This document shows positions 41,333 to 57,251 of a stretch of DNA of 64,000 bases, in pieces. Numbering within the stretch: the first letter of the stretch is position 1; the number at the start of each line of letters is the position of its first letter. The stretch lies in assembly GCF_009914755.1 (NCBI RefSeq), contig NC_060925.1. One strand, given 5' to 3'. The notes under the pieces were generated by a model. That model searched no databases, was not told the origin of the DNA, and worked only from the letters and a program-made list of their open reading frames with translations. The position numbers were made by a program, and so were the translations under genes. Origin of the DNA: the human T2T-CHM13v2.0 reference genome, Homo sapiens.

Positions 41333-43509
41333 GTACCAATTTTATTATAAAGTAGTACCTATACATCTTCAAAGTCTTTAAAGAATAGAAAAGAACCACT
41401 TTCTAGGACACTTCAAATAAGGACATTTTTGTCTGGACTCCGTTCTTTTGACGGCTGTCTCCATTAGACTCCTCCAACAGAGTGTCAGGTCAGGCAGGTG
41501 TGATAGATCCGATTTCTCATACATCTGCAGATCTAATTCAGACTTTTTGAACAAGTTCCAGAATCACACATCCCACCTAAATGGTTCCTTCGTATCTCAA
41601 ATCAACATGTCCAGGAACAAACTTCTTCCCTTTCCTCCTGTCCACAGCGCACATTCTTCCTCTTGCCCCATGCCACTGCCCAAAAAGCCACCACTTTTGT
41701 TGTAGTTTCCCAAACCGGAAACCTGGGAGTAAACTTAAATTCTTCTTTATTATAAACCCTTCACAGTCAGTCAGCTGGCCCTGTCTCTTTGTTTTAGTTT
41801 GGTTGATTCTGTCTGAAAGCAACAGAGAGCTTGAGAGTCAGTGGCTTAAGCTGGAAGGATACTTAAGTCCAGAGATAAACAGGCCCTGGATTAGTTCAGC
41901 AGCTCAGCTGTGCCATCAAGAACCAGGACTTTCCATCCTTTTACTCTACCATCCTCAGCACGTTGGCTGTTGCCCTTGGTTCGTCCTCTCATAATTGTAA
42001 AGTAACTGCCATAAGCACCAAATAGTATCCTCAGTCAGCAGTATGTGAAGGAAGATGGAAGAAGATAGGGTCATTTTCTACATGCACCTCTGTTCTTTTA
42101 ATAGAAAGGAAAAACTTACCAGAGCCCCACTCCTTCCCCGAAGAGATTATCTAGAATTGGCTCGTGTGCAACTGTGATGAAGCTGAGTAAGTGGATATCT
42201 GGTGTTTCTAACCTTTATGGTGAGTTGTGGGTGAGGAAGGCAAAAAGTTGGAAATGGCAGTTTGATGGGAACCTATGATGTCTGTCACATATTTTACTTT
42301 CTGGATATTATTTAAATCGGTTACTTTATCCCCATTTCCACTAATGCTTCTCAAGTTCAGGCCCTCATCTCTATTCATATAATAGCCTCCTTACGAGTTT
42401 CAGTCTCTAGTATTACTTCATTTTAATCCTTCCTCCATTCTGTTACCAAAGTAACCTTTCTGAAACATAACCAGGATAAAGTGTAATGCACTTTATGATG
42501 TGGCCCCTGGCTGACAGTTAAAGGTCCATTTCCCTCTTCTATATAACAGTCTTTATTCTCACACAGTGAAATTTTTTAGCTGTCCAAACAGGCTATATCA
42601 CATCCCCATATCTTTATGCATGCCCATCCTTCTGTCTGGAGTGGCATTGTCCAGCATTGATCACCTGCAACCTCCTGCTTGCTCCTTCTGGCTGTAGCTT
42701 AGTCTTTATTCCTGAGACTTGAGTGAACTCCTATGCCCTAGTTGTGCTTCGTGCCTGTCTCCATTACTGCGTATACTATCCCGTGCATCCCACCAGACTG
42801 TGAGTTCTCCAATAGCGCCATACTATGACCAGTGTCTAGAACAGGGCCTGTCACTAGATGGTGTTCTAGAAATATCCGCTCAATGAGTGGGGCTTTAGCT
42901 GGTTTTTATTAGGAGAGTTGCCAGTACTTAAATGGCATGAAAAGATCATGTGATCTTCCTCTTTGTGCCAAATGCCTATTTCTGGTGTTTTTTTCTTGTA
43001 CCTTTGCTTAAGTGCATTGCTAGATTTTAGCTTTGATTGTTGGACTAGGGTGTCCAGATGAAGGGGAGGGGAGGATTATAGGAATGGGACAGAAAAAAAT
43101 CAAATAGTTTTCTTTGACAAAACTTAAAATACTATGGGACTAGACTGAGGAAATGTTTTTAATAAGTTTATTTCTTGAAATTGGATCTTAATTACTCTTT
43201 GGAAGATAATCTTTCCGAAAACATTGTCAGTTCCTGAATTTTAACATAAATTAACTAGTTAATAGGAATAATAGGAGCTGGTCATCCATCTTTTTTTTTT
43301 TTTTAAACGGTAAGGAATTTACCTTAATTTACTTGTATCAATATGCTTCTTGGGCAAATAGTGACCCATGAGTCTAGCTAAGCAAAAGGACAGTTGTACA
43401 TCTGCCCTCCTACATTGTTTATGGCATTGTCCTCTTTTCTTTTTTAGGGGGGAAGGGGGTGGGGGAAGCTAGTATGTATGAGAAAAGAATTCAGTTTCCA
43501 TACATATGT

Positions 43510-44062
43510 ACATTTGTTTTCTATTGCAGCAATAACAAGTTGCCAAAAACTTAGTAGTTTAAAACAACACAAATTTATCATCTCACACTTATGTAAATCA
43601 GAAGACCAGGTGGGTTAGCCCAGTTCCTCTGCTATAGTCTTCACAAGCCCAAGATCAAGGTGTTAGGCTCTGGGGGCAAATCTGCTTCCAAGCTCATTCA
43701 GATTGTTAACAGAATTCAGTTGCTTATATTTGTAGGTCTGAGGTCCCATTCCTTCCTGCTGTCAGCTGGGATCCTCTCTCAGTTGCTTCAAGTGTCATGC
43801 AGTCCTCCATCTTCAGACCGGCAATGGTGTGTGGAATCCTTATGCTTCAAATATCTCTGACTTCACTTTCCTCCACATCTGTCCTACCTCCAGCCACAGA
43901 AAGTTTTCTGTTTTTAAGAGGCCAGGTAATTGAGACCCACCCAGATATTCCAGGATAATTTCCTGATATTGAGGTCCATAATTTCAATGACATCTGCAAA
44001 GTCTCTTTGCTATGTAACATGTTCACAGGTTCTGGGAACATTCTGGGGAGTCATTCTGCCAC
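43510..44062 (-). mobile_element. MaLR LTR (MLT1-like)
   Basis: ttttctattgcagcaataacaa...aaaacaacacaaatttatcatctcac...aatctgcttccaagctcattcag...acatctgcaaagtc...cattctgccac. Confidence 0.75.
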
Positions 44063-44384
44063 AGTGCCATCTATGAAAGGTGTTTTGTAAACCCAAAAAT
44101 GTTCAGTTAAAAATTGTTTCATCATAGCAGTCACTCGACTTGGCATAGAATAAATATTGACCTAGTAACTTAAGCTGGAAAATTTGAAGTATTTGAAAAA
44201 TACAACTCAGATGCCAGTAGGGTCCAAGCGTATTGGTGACTAAAACCCCTTCAGACTTGCAGTGGCATACCGTTCCACTGTATATCAGTTCCATGGTCAC
44301 ATTTATAATGGTGGATAAAGTTAACAAAACATTTGAAACTTGTAAATCAGATACTTTAAAAATACCAGAGAGCCTACTATTTAG

Positions 44385-44722
<338 letters not shown>

Positions 44723-45667
44723 GGATTTTTCTTAAGATGGGATGTACTTACACTTTCCGTTTGTTGACTGTCGAATTCTCTACAAGATTATTTGAATTCC
44801 AAAGCAACATTATTGTGTAAATGTCAGCCAGTTGGTTCATAAAATGTAAAGTGAGAAACTGCCAAAATAATCTTAAACTGTAAGAAAGGCAAAAATAATA
44901 ATAAAAGGACAATGGGATGCATGAAAATAATTTTGTTTTAGTTTATCTGGAATGTATTTTGGTATAGATGTGACAGTAACTTAAAAACAATAAATTAAAA
45001 ATCAACTAATTGGCCCCACATTATTTGAAATAAGTCTTTCCTCTCTAAATTGTGATGTCATCCTTAATCCTAATACTAAATTCTTACCCATACGGAATTG
45101 TTGATTCTAGCCTTATTACCACACTGTTTTAATTATTATACTTTCACGTTATATTTGGAATCTGATTAGGCCAGTTTCCCTTTACTATTATTCCAAAGCT
45201 TTATTGGCCTTCATTTCCTTTTCTAGGAGTACTTTGTAAGGCTCGCTGAAAAAAATTCCATAGGTTTTTGTTTTGTTTTAATTGTGTTAAAATACACATA
45301 ACATAAAATTTACGTTTTTAACTATACAATCTACTGTGTTAGGTATATTCACATTTTTGTGCAACCAGTCTTCAGAACTTTTTTATCTTGCAAAACTGAG
45401 ACTCTATACCCACTAAACAACAACTCCCCATTTCTCCCTCCCCTCAGTCCCTGGTAATCATCATTCTGCTTTCTGTCTCTGTGCATTTGACTAGATAACC
45501 TCATTTAAGTGAAATAATACAGTATTTATTTTGTGACTGGCTTATTTCACTTAGCATAGTCCTCAGGGTTTATCTATGTTGCAGCATGTATCAGAATTTC
45601 CTTCCTTTTTAAGGCTGAGTAATATTCCACTGTGTATGTATATGCCACAGAAATCAAGCTAATTTTC

Positions 45668-46523
45668 TTTTTTTTTATTATTATACTTTAAGTTCTAGGG
45701 TACATGTGCACAATGTGCAGGTTTGTTACATATGTATACATGTGCCGTGTTGGTGTGCTGCACCCATTAACTCATCATTCACATTAGGTATATCTCCTAA
45801 TGCTATCCCTCCCCGCTCCCCCCACCCCACCACAGGCCCCAGTGTGTGATGTTCCCCTTCCTGTGTCCAAGTGTTCTCCTTGTTCAATTCCCACCTATGA
45901 GTGAGAACATGCGGTGTTTGGTTTTTTGTCCTTGTGATAGTTTGCTGAGAATGATGGTTTCCAGCTTCATCCATGTCCCTACAAAGGACATGAACTCATC
46001 ATTTTTTATGGCTGCATAGTATTCCATGATGTGTATGTGCCACATTTTCTTAATCCAGTCTATCATTGATGGACATTTGGGTTGGTTCCAAGTCTTTGCT
46101 ATTGTGAATAGTGCCGCAGTAAACATACGTGTGCATGTGTCTTTATAGCAGCATGATTTATAATCCTTTGGGTACATACCCAGTAATGGGATGGCTGGGT
46201 CAAATGGTATTTCTAGTTCTAGATCCCTGAGGAATTGCCACACTGACTTCCACAATGGTTGAACTAGTTTACAGTCCCACAACAGTGTAAAAGTGTTCCT
46301 ATTTCTCCACATCCTCTCCAGCACCTGTTGTTTCCTGACTTCTTAATGATCGCCATTCTAACTGGTGTGAGAAGGTATCTCATTGTGGTTTTGATTTGCA
46401 TTTCTCTGATGGCCAGTGATGAGCATTTTTTCATGTGTCTTTTGGCTGCATAAATGTCTTCTTTTGAGAAGTGTCTGTTCATGTCCTTTGCCCACTTGTT
46501 GATGGGGTTGTTTGTTTTTTTCT
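45668..46523 (-). mobile_element. 5'-truncated primate L1PA (856 bp) inserted in an older L1M 3' end (~45270-46670)
   Basis: Perfect 17-bp TSD aaatcaagctaattttc (45651-45667, 46524-46540). ORF 45884-46324 is the L1 ORF2p C-terminus (...WNQPKCPSMIDWIKKMW...HRMFSLIGGN), with L1PA 3' UTR and T-rich tail. Confidence 0.95.
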
Positions 46524-47438
46524 AAATCAAGCTAATTTTCAGTGTCATTAGACACAGGTTACTTCCATCCTTTGGCTGTTATGAATAATGGTGTGTGAAC
46601 ATGGGTTTATAAAAATAAAAATGTCTATTCAAGTCCTGCTTTCGATTTTTTTGGATATATACCCAGAAGTCCATAGATTTTTTTAATTGGGCTTGCACTA
46701 AACTTATAAATTAACTTGGGAAGAACTGACATCTTTTCTATCATATTCTTCCCTCCACCCCCATTGATGAAAACAGGATGTTTTTTGTTTTTTGAAATTT
46801 TTATCCAGAAAATAGTTAAATAATGCCAAACTCATCTATCTAAACTGTCTATTAAACAGAATAAAGCTAATAAAATATATATGAGATAGTAAGTGGTAAT
46901 TAGTGCTAAAGAGGAAAGTAAAGCAAAGAAGGGGAGGGACAGTGTAAGTCAGGATGGTATAGTTACCGGTTACTGCAGTTTCAAAGAGAGTGGTCAAGAA
47001 AGGCCTCACTAAGAAGGCATTCCTGAAAGGTGAAGTATACCATGTAGAAAGGAGAAAGTGTTCCAGACAGAGGGTAAGCAAACATCAAGGCTGTAAATCG
47101 GGCCACATGCTACCTGTTAAGTAAATGTACAGCAAGAAACAAGAGAAGTTTTTAAGGAATTGTTGATTTAAGTTCTCAGGTAGATTCAGTAGGATCATTG
47201 AAAATAGAACAAGCAGTACCACCAGAAAGGGAAAAATCTGGGATTAGGATAGATTCCACAAAAATGAAAAGCACCATTTCCTAATTTTTAACTAGAAAGG
47301 GAGTTAGATTGGGAACTAAAGAGAAAACAACAAGATTTAGAAAGTCAGAAATTCAAGTAGAAGGGTCAAAAGGATCAAGTGATAGGCAAAACTTTTTAAA
47401 AGTTAGGACCATTCAACCAAAGCCTGGTTTAACTTGCA

Positions 47439-47732
47439 GTTTTTTTTTTTCCTTTTTTTTGACATGGAGTCTCGCTCTGTCGCCCAGGCTGGCATCTGTC
47501 TCGGCTCAGTGCAAGCTCCGCCTCCTGGGTTCACGCCATTCTTCTGCCTCAGCCTTCTGAGTAGCTGGGACTACAGGCGCCCACCACCACGCCCGGCTAA
47601 TTTTTTGTATTTTTAGTAGAGACGGGGTTTCACCATGTTAGCCAGGATGGTCTCGATCTCCTGACCTCGTGATCCGCCCACCTCAGCCTCCCAAAGTGCT
47701 GGGATTACAGGCGTGAGCCACCGCACCTGGCT
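47439..47732 (-). mobile_element. AluY-like
   Basis: gcaagctccgcctcc, ttcacgccattc and ttagccaggatggtctcgatc diagnostics. Confidence 0.9.
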
Positions 47733-47994
47733 GCAAATTTTAAGAATAAAGTAAAAAATCCTACAAATACACAAAGGCAAAAAAGTTACACGGGAACAAA
47801 AATCAGGCTAATTTCAGACTTCTCTTTGCTTATACCAAAGGCTGAATAATAAAGTAGAGCATTATCTACAGAGTATTAAAAGGGAAAAGATTTATGTCTG
47901 AATACTATAGCTTCTCCAGTTGTCATTCATGTACAAAAGGACATAGACAATATGTAGATACCTTTCTGGGGGTTAAAAAATTATTCAAGAACTT

Positions 47995-48335
<341 letters not shown>

Positions 48336-48722
48336 CTAAAAGGAAAGGCCATGGCCATCAATACTCATTTAACATAGCTAAATCTTATAACTGTGGTTAA
48401 AAACAGGGCCAGTGTCCAGAATTACTCTTTGAAGAGAACAAGCATGATGATTTTTAAAAATTAAGTTTTCAGGTTATGTTGAACAAACCTTGGGTGAGAG
48501 AGAAGGGGTAAAAGCTTGTAGCAGCCCTATATAGAAGGACGTGTGTTGTAAATATACTTAATTCTTGTTTTGGAAGATTATATTTGAGTGTATGTGTTAA
48601 TTTTTTTCATTAAGATGTATTATTGGGAGAAAATCAAACCTACAGGGAAAAGAGCAACGAAGACGTAATCCATATGGTGTAATAGAAAAAACAGAGAAAA
48701 GTTCAATATGAAATGAAGTCAA

Positions 48723-48962
48723 GGCCAGGCACTGTGGCTCAGGCCTGTAATCCCAGCACTTTGAGAGGCTGAGGTGGGTGGTAGTGGGACCTTATCTCTA
48801 CAAAAAATAAATAAATTAGCCAGGCCCATGCCTGTGATTCCAGCTACTTAAGGGACTGAGATGGGAGGATTGCCTCAGCCCAGAAGGTCGAGGCTGCAGT
48901 AAGCCATGATTGTGCCACTGCACTCAGTCTGGGCAACAGAGCAAGACCCTGTCTCAAAAATA
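48723..48962 (+). mobile_element. Alu (AluJ-like, internally deleted)
   Basis: Diverged Alu arms. Confidence 0.8.
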
Positions 48963-49785
48963 AATACAAATAGGACCAAGCATATAAGTAATGAAATGAC
49001 AGTAAATAAATTAAAATCCCCTATTAAGCTTGGTAAGTGTATTTATAAGTGTCCTTTGCCTTACAGAAATTTTGTTCTATGTGGTCAAAACTGTTGGTCT
49101 TTTATAACCTTTCATCTTCCAGTCCTTCCCTAGATTTTTCCTTGCAAAAAATGATAGAAATAATCTACATGTTTGTTCCCAAGTGGAATGCCAGTTATCC
49201 CAATGCTGTTTATTGAATAATCCATGCTTCCCCATGTTAATTTGTGGCACATACTATGTTTATGTTGTACTAAATTATCATGGATATTTAGGTCTGTTTG
49301 AAGACTGTCTGTGCTATTCATTTCTGCCTCTTCCTGCACCATTATTAGATGTTGAATTATACTAGTCTCTTCCAGCAAGTTTTGATATCGGTTTTGATAT
49401 TGAATCTTCCGATATTAATACCTGATTTTTTTTTTTTAGTGTTTTCAGTATGCCACTATACTAAGCCATTTCCTTATATTATTATCCCTTTTTAAGTTGA
49501 TGAAACTGAGGCCTAGTTGAAAAGCAAGCTCAGAGTCACGCCATAGTGGTAGAGCACAGTCTTGAACAAGAGCTCTTAACACTAAAATCTGCGCTCCTAA
49601 CTGTCATGCTGTATTTCTTTTTCCTCATCTCATCCCCTCCATAACCCAGAAATATGCTGATTCTCTTTTTGTTTGTCCTCATCTTACACCCCTCCCTGAA
49701 CTAACTTCTGCACTCTGTGGCACTCATGGATATACAGTGATCTAAAAACTGCCCTGCCTCCTAAATCTTTTCTGTGACTATTTCT

Positions 49786-50115
49786 GTCATAGTTAATGCT
49801 ATGTGTCGACTTGAGTAGACCATGGTACCCAGTTTTAGTCAGACACCAGTCTAGATGTTGCTGCTAAGGTGCTTTTTAGATGTAACAATTTTATAGATTT
49901 TGAGTAAAGAAATTACCCTTCAAAATATGGATGGGCTTCATCCAGTCAGTTGAAGGCCTTAAAAGAAAAACTAAGTTCCCCAAGGAAGAACGAATTTTGG
50001 CTCCAGACAAGCTGCAACATCACCTCTTCCCTGAATCTGCATCCTGCAGACCTACTCTGAAGATTTCAGATCTATCAAGCCCCACAGTTGTGTGAGCCAG
50101 TTCCTTAAAATAATC
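49786..50115 (+). mobile_element. ERVL LTR (MLT2-like)
   Basis: gttaatgctatgtgtcgacttgagtagaccatgg...ccagtctagatgttgctg...catccagtcagttgaaggcctt...gtgagccagttccttaaaataa. Confidence 0.7.
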
Positions 50116-51004
50116 ACTTCTTTGCTCCCCTCTTCATCTGGGCTATTCTGCAGTCTACTGTTACAGTCACTCCCTCTGTCATACTTGTCTCCGTAGTTAA
50201 AATCAGCTCACCATCTACACCGCGGCAGCTGAATAGAGCTAGAGAAAAACAACCATAGTGACAGATCTCACTTTACAATTGTGACCACAAACCCCCAGAG
50301 GGCCCTAAATACTGTCTAGCAGTGCTTCCTTATTTCTCTGGTCAGTTGACATTCCCACTCTCCGAGACAACTACAATATGTCATACTTTCTCCCCATTCC
50401 CTACTCTCAGCTTATTTTCAGAGATTACCTCACAGCTTATTTCACTGAAGAGAAAAAAAAAGGCAGTTTTCTCATCCTTCCACCACCACCGTTTTACCAT
50501 ATGTAGTCTGCGTTCTCTCTGATCATATGGAATGAATTGTCCATGTCTCTATCTGAGATGAAACCTTCCGCTGTGTACTAGAACCCATCCTCTCTCCTAT
50601 CTATACAAGGACTTCTCTTTCAGAATTGTCACCACTCTTTTCTGCCTCATCAGTTTTTTTTTACTTTCTACTCTATCACTCCAATCAGTGAATGAATATG
50701 CTATATTTTATAGTCCCCATTCATTCAAACTGAGGAGAATTAGTGATATACTTTAATATTTATCTCTATTAACCATCAACCATATTGTATCGTGTTCTCA
50801 AGCTGAAGGTTTGTCTTTTTAAATGAACTTCTTTAGAAATATATTACTTTTAAGCCTAACAAATAAGTGAACAAGAACTGTTTTAATCAGTCTCATTCAT
50901 TCTGACCTGTTGCTCTTTTATCTGTGGGTATCAAACAATAATACAGCAATAAGGATTTTTTAAGTTTCCCACTCTGTAGTGACCCTGAGGGCAGACGCAG
51001 TGTC

Positions 51005-51725
51005 TATATTAGTTCCTTTTTAAAGACATAACTGAAACTGGGAACAAAAAGAGGTTTAATTGGACTTACAGTTCCATGTGGCTCGGGAGGCCTCAGAATC
51101 ATGGCGGGTGGCAAAAGGCACTTGTTACGTGGTGGCAGCAAGAGAAAAATGAGGAAGAAGCAGAAGTGGAAATGCCTGATAAACCCATCAGATCTCGTGA
51201 TTCTTATTCACTATCACGAGAATAGCATGGTAAAGACTGGCCCCCATGATTCAATTACCTCCCCCTGGGTCCCTCCCACAATACATGGGAATTCTGGGAG
51301 ATACAATACAAGTTGAGATTTGGCTGGGGACATAGCCAAACCATATCATTCCACCCCTGGTCCCTCCAAATCTCATGTCCTCACATTTCAAAACCAATCA
51401 TACCTTCTTAGCAGTCCCCTAAAGTCTTAACTCATTTCAGCATTAACCCAAAAGTCCACAGTCCAAAGTCTCATCTGAGACAAGGCAAGTCCCTTCCTAT
51501 GAGCCTGTAAAATCAAAAGCAAGCTAGCTACTTCCTAGATATAATGGGGATACAGGTATTGGATAAATACAGCCATTCCAAATGGGAGAAATTGGCCAAA
51601 ACAGAGGGGTTAAAGGGCCCATGCAAGTCCAAAATCCAGTGGGGCAGTCAAATTTTACAGCTGCAAAATGATCTCCTTTGACTCCGGGTCTCACATCCAG
51701 GTCACGCTGATGAAAGAGGTGGGTT
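51005..51725 (-). mobile_element. THE1 LTR (~51005-51348) plus adjoining THE1-internal fragment
   Basis: gaggtttaattggacttacagttcc...cccccatgattcaattacctccc...gccaaaccatatca followed by ttccacccctggtccctccaaatctcatgtcc (THE1-int 3' end). Confidence 0.88.
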
Positions 51726-53269
51726 AAAATGACTCACATGATCCTTACAATGATATTGTATGCTAGGTATTATTACTATTCCCATTTTAGAGAGGCACAG
51801 ATAAGTTAACTAACTTTCCCAAGGCCACACAGCTAAAAAGGGGGTAGGATACAAATCCATGCATCCTGATTCCAGGTTGTACCACAAACTGCATTACACT
51901 GCCTCTTGCTATAACAGAAGCAGGCTTGACCAAGGAGGAAAAGGTCAAATACAGCCTCTTGCTGCCCCCTCCTCAGTCCTAACTTTTCTTCAGTCCTGAC
52001 TCTTACTCTGAACTAGTGCAATGGTTTAGGGCTCTCACCTGTCACCTGACAGGCTAGGGAGATCCATTAGGATAGCAGAGAGAAGCAGGCCTCCAGAGGT
52101 GACCAGCCAGTGAGAGGGCTGAAAGACACAAGCCATTGCTGGTGCTGAAGCGTAGTCACTCATTGTGTGATCTTGGTTAAATTACTTGGCTGAACATCCC
52201 TGACATAATTTACGTATTTTACATGGACTATTTCATTATGAAAGAAAAAGCTGACAGTACATTTTAGAGTGACATCCACAAAATGAGGTATTGACTATAT
52301 GTATACATTTGTTGTTTTAACACTTATCAAATTGTGATTATTTACATACTTAAGAGTTCCTTATGGACAAGGATTGTGAATTAATCATCTTTGTATCCCC
52401 ACTGTCTAGCAAAGTTCTGGACACAGCAGAAGAGGTATACCTATGTTTTGTTCAATCAAAGTTGCTTTGTTTATAGATCTGCTGGTATGCTGTCTTTTTA
52501 AAATGAGATTTAAACTGACATACAATTTAGGGGGGTCTTTCTAGAATAGTGTTTCTCAATTTTTATCTTGGATTCAATGCATTAGTACCAACAAGACCTC
52601 ATAAGGTAGTTTAACAGTGTAAACTTACATCAAAGACAGTAATTAGCCCACGATCTCCACTAGTCACAACTGATATGGGGCTTTTTAAAAACTCAAAAAT
52701 TGAAATGTCTTCTTTTCCCTGAGCACCCTTTTTTGAGAAATAAGTCAAACACTTGCTTCAATTCACTCAACCTCTAACATGAACACTGATTCTAGTTTTT
52801 GAGGAGAAATGGTTATTCTTATACTTATCCAGATTATTTAATACTATCTTTTATGGAAGTCAGGCCCAGGCCCTAAGTGGTTATATTAAGTGTTTTAAGT
52901 TACAGAAAAAAGAGATGGCATTTGTCAATGTTACTTTCAAGCAGGAAGCATAAAATTTTATTAAACTGATGAGGGGCAAATCATTGACAAAAATGAAGTT
53001 TAATGAACGTTCTCTATCTGAAGAATAACATGACAGTAATATAGCACAATCAATTCGTTTCTGTAAACAATACTTTAAAATAATGAATGAAAATATTTAG
53101 GCCAGTTTTTTCCATTGAGGCAAGATTGAGCCCAAAAGTAACTGTACTTATTTTTGTAGTTATTGCCTTCCCCCATATTTTAAGAGGATAATTTTTCTGC
53201 AATTTTTTTCTCTTCCCTTTTATCATATTAATACTTTAGAATGCTTCTTAAAAATATTTTGAAAGGCCC

Positions 53270-53649
<380 letters not shown>

Positions 53650-53655
53650 TAGACT

Positions 53656-53955
<300 letters not shown>

Positions 53956-54214
53956 ACTAGACTTCAGTGACACTGGATGGTGTCAGAGGAGGTAAGTGTG
54001 TATTAGTATTAGTGGTCATTCCTTGGCCACCTTCTGTGTAATTACTATCTCCATGGACTTAAGCAAGTACAGGGCTGTAAGGTCCTAGCACCAAAGTAAG
54101 ATGTGGTTCTCCAGCCCTCTGCTCATGTACTTCACTAATATATAGGCATCCTTTAAAACTACTGTCTTACTTGAAGAAGCCTTTCACTGAGACCTATACT
54201 TCTCAAGAATATAA

Positions 54215-54515
<301 letters not shown>

Positions 54516-56249
54516 AGAATATAAATAATTCTTGTAGGAGTCTTTAAATAGAATCAAATTAACTCTACCATTGTTTGCTATTCATTTTGGTGAGTCACTA
54601 CTCTTGGTAATTTGACATCAACTCCCAAAAATTCTTGAAAATTTTGACACTGTACAGATAACCAGAACTCGTCTATTTACACATGCATACAATCTTCCCC
54701 AATATGTAGAACAAAATTTGAGGGAAGGATCTTATTGCCAATAAATACGCGTTCTGGCTACAACTAACACTCATAATAATCTTTATGGGACAAGCACTCT
54801 TCTAAGTACTTTATACATACTAATTTATTTATTCTTCATAACAGTCCTCTGAGGTAGATTGTATTTGTTATCCCCATTTTGTAAGTAAGGACGTCAAGGG
54901 ACAGAGAGGTAACTATCTTTCCCAAAGCCATACAACTAGCAAATAGTGGACTTCAACCAAGACATTCTGGCTCCAGGATTCTGAATTAGAATCAAACACT
55001 TTTTGAGACAGATTGAGTACCTTAAAAAGTTATCAAATACATATGAACAAACCAAGGCAAAGCACATAGGTCTCCCAACTCAGTCTAATTGCCGCCTTCA
55101 CTACAGTCCAAATGCTTCAATTTGTGTTAGTTACAATACTTGGATAATCTTTTTTAAATTCAAGCAGTAATCTCTGAGATTAATGAAAATATAATAGAAG
55201 AAACGCTCTTGGAATCTAAACTGTAACTAGGGGGACATTGTGGGCTTTCTAGTTTGATCCTAAGGGAAAGAGATCCTTGGATTAAACTGACCAAATGATA
55301 TCTTCGGTACAAATGGTTTACATAGGTAGTTGACATTGGGATGTTGTGGTAACTCTTCTACTGTTTCGCGGTTTAAGAGATACTATTTTGTGGTAGCATC
55401 TGGCTGCTTTACTGTTTTCCTTTGGTATGTTAGGAAGGGTTTGAGAAGAATTAAACTGTAAACTAACTTTCAAATGAAAACGTCTGATTGTTCGTGTAAT
55501 CTCCGAGGGATGATCTAGTTGTCAGCACTGGGCACTGGGTAAGCTTGAATATATAGCCACCTTAAGTAGATGTGGTTCGAATGTTCTGTGCCATATTCCT
55601 CCCTTGTACAGCACCACTTTTGTGTGCTAACCTTTTTCTGCAAGGCCGGCCCCCAGTGTCATTATATGTAACTCTTCATCCCACCTTCGGCAGCTGCCTG
55701 AGAGCAATAGTTCTTTAACTAGTCTGCTGAATGTTAATACTAACTGTACTCTTATACTTGAACCAAGCTCTAGAAATAAAAGTTGTCTTCCCCCAGCTCA
55801 AATAAAAAGCCAACTTCTAGGGCTTTATTTGGATAAAAATGTCGTGGATTATCCATTTTTCTCAAGTATGTGTTTTTAAACTTTTGGCGTCTGCTACTAT
55901 TGAGACGACAAAATCAATGAAGGCTTATCCAGCAGAAATCTTGCTAACATCCAGTTATATCTAGTTCACCAGCTTGTTTTGTTTGTCTTTTATGGATACA
56001 TGTTATTGGCTATGATTTTGTTTTGCATGTTTATAATATTTTCTGTTAGAAAAATAGCTTCTAGTTTGTAAAATGAGGTTAAACATATCAATATTTTATG
56101 GTATTCTACAAAAGCATGAATTTCCTCATAGCAATTTTGAGAAATTCTCTTGACCTGTGTAGGGAGATTTTTACTGAAGAGATGCTATGTGACATAAGTT
56201 TTGACAGTAGTAAAATAATTTTTAAATGTAATGACAAAAGATAAAACCA

Positions 56250-56795
56250 AGTTACATGATTTGGATGTTTGTCCCCTCCAAATCTCATATTGAAATGTGA
56301 CCTCCAGGCCAGGTGCAGTGGCTCATGCCTGTAATACCCAACACTTTGGGAGTCTGAGGTAGGAGGATCTCTTGAGGCCAGGAGTTTGAGATCAGCCTGG
56401 GCAACATAGCAAGACTCCATCTCTTAAAAAAAGAAATGTTGGAGGTGGATCCTAGTGGGAGGTCTTGGAATCATGGGGGCAGATCGCTCATGAATGACTT
56501 AGGGCCATCCCTTTGCTGATGAGTGAGTTCTCACTCAGTTCATGGGAGATCTGGTTGTTTAAAAGAGCCGGGACCTCTCCATTTCTCCATCTCTCTTGCT
56601 GCTGCTCTCGCCATGTGACGTGCCTGCTCTCCTTTTGTTTTCCACCATGATTGGAAGCTTCCTGAGACCCTCGCCAAAAACAGATGCTGGAGCCATGCTT
56701 GTACAGCCTGCAGAACTGTGAGCAAATTAAACCTCCTTTATAAATTACCCAGTCTCAGGTATTACTTTATAGCAACACAAAAACGGACTAACACA
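56250..56795 (+). mobile_element. MST-family MaLR LTR with a monomeric Alu inserted (~56307-56432)
   Basis: gatttggatgtttgtcccctccaaatctcatattgaaatgt...ccatgattggaagcttcctgag...taaattacccagtctcaggtatt...ggactaacaca. Confidence 0.85.
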
Positions 56796-56852
56796 CCAAG
56801 TTAGAGAAGCGTTGAGAAACACTACTATTGATTTCAAAAATTAATAGCAGTT

Positions 56853-57251
<399 letters not shown>

